Part shown: piece after piece, positions 54,327 to 54,348 of the stretch
How positions within the stretch are numbered: position 1 is the first letter of the stretch
How the letters are laid out: each line of letters opens with the position of its first letter
Source: Patescibacteria group bacterium
GTDB lineage: Bacteria > Patescibacteriota > Microgenomatia > UBA12405
Direction: 5' to 3'
DNA length: 54,348 bases
Assembly (NCBI GenBank): GCA_038062455.1
Contig: JBBTXE010000001.1
Coordinates: forward strand, 316,371-370,718
Made by a program: the position numbers and the translations under genes
Notes under the pieces: generated by a model
What the model saw: only the letters and a program-made list of their open reading frames with translations
The model's database searches: none
Told to the model about the DNA's origin: nothing

Positions 54327-54348
54327 GTCATTCCCGCGAACGCGGGAA
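54327..54348. repeat. REP-like palindrome at the window end
   Basis: GTCA-TTCCCGC-GAAC-GCGGGAA, cut by the window edge. Confidence 0.85.

Noticed and set aside
1-54348. Alternative genetic code (UGA=Gly as in Gracilibacteria)
   Set aside because: Many genes end at TGA exactly where the next gene starts, and conserved proteins are full length under code 11.

Overview
Housekeeping-rich chromosomal window in the standard genetic code. It is most consistent with a Patescibacteria/CPR (Microgenomates-like) bacterium; this is inferred from gene content, alpha2-type GlyRS, type-2 IleRS, short RecO and near-leaderless genes. It holds the end of a surface-glycan locus, recO-glyQS, a non-canonical dcw cluster, ileS-rodA-rplU-rpmA, parB, lepB, six tRNAs, a second glycan locus, lemA-htpX-dnaE-rplS, lgt, three GIY-YIG nuclease genes, a tRNA-Glu-linked serine recombinase region, an ABC exporter, holA and ppsA. 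Main observations: (1) The dcw cluster lacks murD, murF, ddl, murB and ftsQ. It instead carries an ATE/Bpt-like tRNA-dependent transferase, an Mpl-like ligase, an NlpC/P60 enzyme, a threonine-synthase-like PLP enzyme, an ATP-grasp ligase and a 52-aa LysW-like carrier protein that the ORF track missed. Together these form a candidate carrier-protein pathway for an unusual cell-wall peptide. (2) A GIY-YIG cassette appears inserted into the 5' end of tRNA-Glu with a target duplication. (3) REP-like palindromes flank another GIY-YIG gene and have been taken up in frame into murG and ppsA. (4) A 109-bp inverted repeat brackets a cargo gene beside the serine recombinase. (5) A PvcA/Dit1-like enzyme is coupled to an ABC exporter. 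(6) Three of six tRNAs have C at T-loop position 55. All family calls come from motif recognition by eye; no database searches were run.
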